A stretch of DNA of 64,000 nt, taken from the NCBI GenBank assembly GCA_036918135.1, contig JBALDB010000006.1:32001-96000 (forward strand), given 5' to 3'. The notes beneath the pieces are model-generated. The model ran no database searches. It worked only from the letters and a program-made list of their open reading frames with translations, and was not told the DNA's origin. The stretch comes from Nostoc sp. (lineage in GTDB: Bacteria; Cyanobacteriota; Cyanobacteriia; Cyanobacteriales; Nostocaceae). The translations under genes were made by a program, and so were the position numbers. Positions within the stretch are counted from its first letter, which is position 1; every line of letters starts with the position of its first letter. Shown in pieces: positions 60,540-64,000 of the stretch.

Positions 60540-62771
60540 ATGGCAACAAAATTTCCCAAATTTAGCCAGGATCTCGCACAGGACCCGACTACTCGTCGGA
60601 TATGGTATGCGATCGCCACAGGCAATGACTTTGAAACCCATGATGGCATGACAGAGGAAAATCTTTACCAAAAGATTTTCGCTACTCACTTCGGTCACTT
60701 GGCAATCATCTTCCTGTGGGCATCCAGCCTCCTGTTCCATGTAGCCTGGCAAGGTAACTTTGAACAGTGGATTAAAGATCCCCTTCATATCCGTCCTATC
60801 GCTCACGCGATTTGGGACCCCCACTTCGGCAGACCAGCAATCGAAGCTTTTACCCAAGCTGGCGCTAGCAATCCAGTAAACATTACCTACTCTGGTCTGT
60901 ACCACTGGTGGTATACCATCGGTATGCGAACAAATACCGAACTGTACAACGGTTCAGTATTCCTGTTGATATTCGCAGCCGTATTGTTGTTCGCTGGTTG
61001 GCTGCACTTGCAACCCAAGTACCGTCCTAGCCTGGCATGGTTTAAGAGTGCTGAACATCGCCTAAACCATCACCTAGCAGGTCTGTTTGGTGTTAGTTCT
61101 TTGGCTTGGACTGGTCACTTGATTCACGTTGCCATTCCTGAAGCTCGCGGACAGCATGTAGGTTGGGACAACTTCCTCAGTACCCCACCGCACCCAGCAG
61201 GTTTGACACCCTTCTTTACAGGTAACTGGGGTGTTTACGCTCAAAACCCTGATACTCCTGGACATATATTTGGCACATCCCAAGGTGCAGGGACTGCAAT
61301 TCTGACTTTCTTGGGTGGTTTCCATCCCCAAACAGAAGCTTTGTGGCTGACTGACATGGCTCATCACCACTTGGCGATTGCTGTTATTTTCATTGTTGCC
61401 GGTCATATGTACCGGACTAACTTCGGAATTGGTCACAGCATCAAAGAAATGCTGAACTCCAAAGCTGGTTTAGTTCCGGGAACCAAGAGTGAAGGTCAGT
61501 TTAACTTGCCTCACCAAGGTATTTATGACACCTACAACAACTCACTGCACTTCCAATTAGGATTTCACCTAGCAGCGTTAGGTGTAATCACCTCCTTGGT
61601 AGCACAGCACATGTACGCCATGCCTCCTTACGCATTTATTGCTAAGGACTATACAACTCAGGCAGCGCTGTACACGCATCACCAATATATTGCTGGCTTC
61701 CTGATGCTTGGTGCTTTTGCCCACGGAGCCATCTTCTGGGTACGTGATTACGACCCAGAGCAAAACAAGGGCAACGTTCTTGACCGCGTGTTGAAGCATA
61801 AAGAAGCGATTATCTCCCACCTGAGCTGGGTATCCCTTTTCTTAGGCTTCCATACCCTTGGTTTGTACGTACACAACGACGTAGTAGTTGCTTTCGGCAC
61901 TCCCGAAAAGCAAATCCTCATTGAGCCAGTATTTGCTCAGTTCGTCCAAGCTGCTAACGGTAAAGTACTGTACGGATTAGACACCTTGTTATCTAACCCA
62001 GATAGTATTGCTTACACAGCATGGCCCAACTACGCTAACGTCTGGTTACCAGGCTGGCTAGATGCCATCAACGCTGGTACAAACTCTCTGTTCTTAACAA
62101 TAGGCCCTGGCGACTTCTTGGTACACCATGCGATCGCCTTAGGTTTGCACACCACCACCTTGATCTTAGTCAAAGGTGCTTTGGATGCCCGTGGTTCTAA
62201 GCTGATGCCCGATAAAAAGGACTTCGGCTATGCCTTCCCTTGCGACGGCCCCGGTCGTGGCGGTACTTGTGACATCTCAGCTTGGGATTCCTTCTATCTA
62301 GCTGCGTTCTGGATGCTCAATACCATTGGTTGGTTGACCTTCTACTGGCACTGGAAGCATCTCGGTATTTGGCAAGGTAACGTTGCTCAGTTCAATGAGA
62401 ACTCTACATACCTCATGGGCTGGTTCCGCGATTACCTGTGGGCAAACTCCGCTCAGTTGATTAACGGTTACAACCCCTACGGCGTGAATAACCTGTCTGT
62501 CTGGGCTTGGATGTTCCTGTTTGGACACCTAGTTTGGGCTACCGGCTTCATGTTCTTGATCTCTTGGAGAGGTTACTGGCAAGAGTTGATTGAAACCCTT
62601 GTCTGGGCACACGAGCGCACTCCTCTAGCTAACTTGGTTCGCTGGAAAGACAAGCCCGTGGCTCTGTCCATCGTTCAAGCTCGCGTAGTTGGTCTGGCCC
62701 ACTTTGCAGTTGGTTATGTTCTGACTTACGCTGCATTCTTGATTGCTTCTACCGCTGGGAAGTTCGGTTAA
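60540..62771 (+). CDS. psaB: Photosystem I P700 apoprotein A2
   Basis: [40 protein letters not shown], ends AGKFG. Confidence 0.99.
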   Translation: MATKFPKFSQDLAQDPTTRRIWYAIATGNDFETHDGMTEENLYQKIFATHFGHLAIIFLWASSLLFHVAWQGNFEQWIKDPLHIRPIAHAIWDPHFGRPAIEAFTQAGASNPVNITYSGLYHWWYTIGMRTNTELYNGSVFLLIFAAVLLFAGWLHLQPKYRPSLAWFKSAEHRLNHHLAGLFGVSSLAWTGHLIHVAIPEARGQHVGWDNFLSTPPHPAGLTPFFTGNWGVYAQNPDTPGHIFGTSQGAGTAILTFLGGFHPQTEALWLTDMAHHHLAIAVIFIVAGHMYRTNFGIGHSIKEMLNSKAGLVPGTKSEGQFNLPHQGIYDTYNNSLHFQLGFHLAALGVITSLVAQHMYAMPPYAFIAKDYTTQAALYTHHQYIAGFLMLGAFAHGAIFWVRDYDPEQNKGNVLDRVLKHKEAIISHLSWVSLFLGFHTLGLYVHNDVVVAFGTPEKQILIEPVFAQFVQAANGKVLYGLDTLLSNPDSIAYTAWPNYANVWLPGWLDAINAGTNSLFLTIGPGDFLVHHAIALGLHTTTLILVKGALDARGSKLMPDKKDFGYAFPCDGPGRGGTCDISAWDSFYLAAFWMLNTIGWLTFYWHWKHLGIWQGNVAQFNENSTYLMGWFRDYLWANSAQLINGYNPYGVNNLSVWAWMFLFGHLVWATGFMFLISWRGYWQELIETLVWAHERTPLANLVRWKDKPVALSIVQARVVGLAHFAVGYVLTYAAFLIASTAGKFG

Positions 62772-62801
62772 TCTGGCTACTAGTTTAAGTAGATAAGTAA
62801 T

Positions 62802-62834
62802 AAAAATCCCCTGCCAAAAGGTGGGGGATTTTTT
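62802..62834 (+). terminator. Rho-independent terminator of psaAB
   Basis: aaaaatcccctgcc-aaaa-ggtgggggatttttt. Confidence 0.85.
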
Positions 62835-63033
62835 GTTGGATAAACATAAACACGGGCAAGATTTTGATTTTTAGATTTAACACAATATAATATCAAAGAT
62901 AATCCAAATACAGTTTAGTTAAGGAGAATCGTAGTTTAAGGTTTTTCGCTATAATTAATTCGTATTACTTTATATGCAAATTTTTAAGATAGAAGAATTA
63001 AGGTGTTTTAATCATTAAAGGTTAAAAGCGGTT

Positions 63034-63430
63034 ATGACTGAATATATAAATCAAGGAAATTCTGGAGTTAGTCGAGAAGAAGGAGAAAGTCTTCTTAAAA
63101 AATTTTTAGATAATAAAAATTATAAGGTTTTAGCTTGAAAAAATAATTAACACTAATACCGACTCAATATCGCCTTGGTTAAAAGTAGATATTGAGTTTC
63201 TAAATAACTCTAGTGTTGAGGAATATTGTAAATGGCTTGAAGAAGGCGATCCTGATTTATTTTTAATGGTGAGACAACTTTTAGATCTGGCTTTACCTGC
63301 ATCCCAAAAGCTAGAACAAGCTATACGCAGCTTAGCAGAAAGTAATAACCTAAATAAAAGTAGAGCTAAGTTTATTTACAACATAGATATAGGTAATAAT
63401 TCTATACGAAGGGCTGAATTTGATTATTAA
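63034..63430 (+). pseudogene. Degraded gene fragment (possibly the C-terminus of a KAP-family NTPase)
   Basis: Two adjacent open frames: MTEYINQG...KVLA* and ...EEYCKWLEEGDPDLFLMVRQLL...LEQAIRSLAESNNLNKSRAKFIYNI...DY*; family call is tentative. Confidence 0.35.
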
Positions 63431-63455
63431 TTGAATTAATTAATAACTGACTAAA

Positions 63456-63803
63456 ATGCTTACTGACAAAGCACAAACTCACTTAGAGTTTTTGCTGCAA
63501 GCTGATTACAATGCTGACCGTGTTACTGATGAAGGATTATCTGGTGGTGATAATGAAATTATTTGGCAGCAAGTTTGTCCTGAGGAACGATTTTTTATTA
63601 CTCTTGATTTATACTTCTCTGATGTTCACCTCTTTCCACCAGGCACTCATCCTGGTATTCTAATATCGCGTTCCCGTAACCGTAGCCGTCAGGCAGTACT
63701 AGAAATATTGTCTGGTGTTGTACAAGAGCAACCCTTAGAAACTCTCAAAGGTTGTCTTATAGTGCCAGACGAAATACAGACGCGCATCAGGCGATCGCAG
63801 TGA
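63456..63803 (+). pseudogene. DUF5615 PIN-like toxin, probably N-terminally truncated
   Basis: RVTDEGLSG, ERFFITLDLYF, PPGTHPGIL, RIRR; lacks the usual N-terminal LDEN acidic motif and has no DUF433 partner. Confidence 0.7.
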
Positions 63804-63845
63804 TACCATAAGCAAACTTAAAAGATTTACCAGAGGAGTCATCAG

Positions 63846-63929
63846 GTGTCCATTCCCGAAATTACTCAAAAGTTATTAGCAGCAAAGCAAGACAAAGGAC
63901 TAAATAGCCTTTGCAAAAAGAACCAATAA
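63846..63929 (+). pseudogene. cynS: 5' fragment of cyanase
   Basis: AGAGGAG RBS, GTG start, MSIPEITQKLLAAKQDKGL resembles cyanobacterial CynS N-termini, then diverges and stops after 27 codons. Confidence 0.65.
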
Positions 63930-64000
63930 CGCCAGCAAAAAATCACTTTTAATCCCTATTATATTTACCAAAATGGAGCAGCATATTTAGGTAATAGTCT

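Larger units (their letters stand above)
1..64000. repeat. HIP1 octamer GCGATCGC dispersed throughout
   Basis: Many occurrences (e.g. 991, 1031, 3265, 63791), characteristic of cyanobacterial chromosomes. Confidence 0.9.

Noticed and set aside
58099..62771. psaAB as far-red-light (FaRLiP) paralogues
   Set aside because: No neighbouring rfpABC, chlF or apc/psb paralogues; the sequences look like the standard copies

Overview
This window looks like chromosome from a heterocyst-forming cyanobacterium (Nostoc/Anabaena-like), judged from frequent HIP1 octamers (GCGATCGC), heptameric STRR repeats and psaAB. Core genes: a GyrA/ParC paralogue running off the left edge, a single-domain response regulator, a MacAB-TolC-type efflux operon, a Na+/H+ antiporter, a Wzx-type flippase, a cytochrome P450, urtABCD/urtE split by an antisense PfkB kinase, an AtzE/AtzG-like pair, a thioredoxin-NHL protein, glutaminase and psaA-psaB. 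Two accessory modules stand out. (1) 30.3-36.9 kb: a Met/His-repeat lipoprotein, Tat redoxin, CcdA, cytochrome b and MsrP-like molybdoenzyme, followed by a two-component system, which looks like an envelope oxidant-scavenging and repair unit. (2) 43.1-52.3 kb: a candidate conflict/immunity island. A leftward operon encodes WD40-Roc-COR-TIR, an unknown helical protein and an NDT-like protein. Divergent from it are an HTH-NACHT STAND ATPase, an atypical cation/proton antiporter and a 62-aa peptide. The NACHT gene and the peptide gene each have an upstream array of five roughly 10-bp-phased GG(C/A)A(A/T)T boxes over a putative -35 element, in opposite orientations. Several MITE-like elements and decayed genes are also present (a methyltransferase broken by a 16-bp duplication, an IS701 remnant, PIN and cyanase fragments). 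I saw no rRNA, tRNA or CRISPR array. All family assignments come from recognising motifs by eye; no searches were run.
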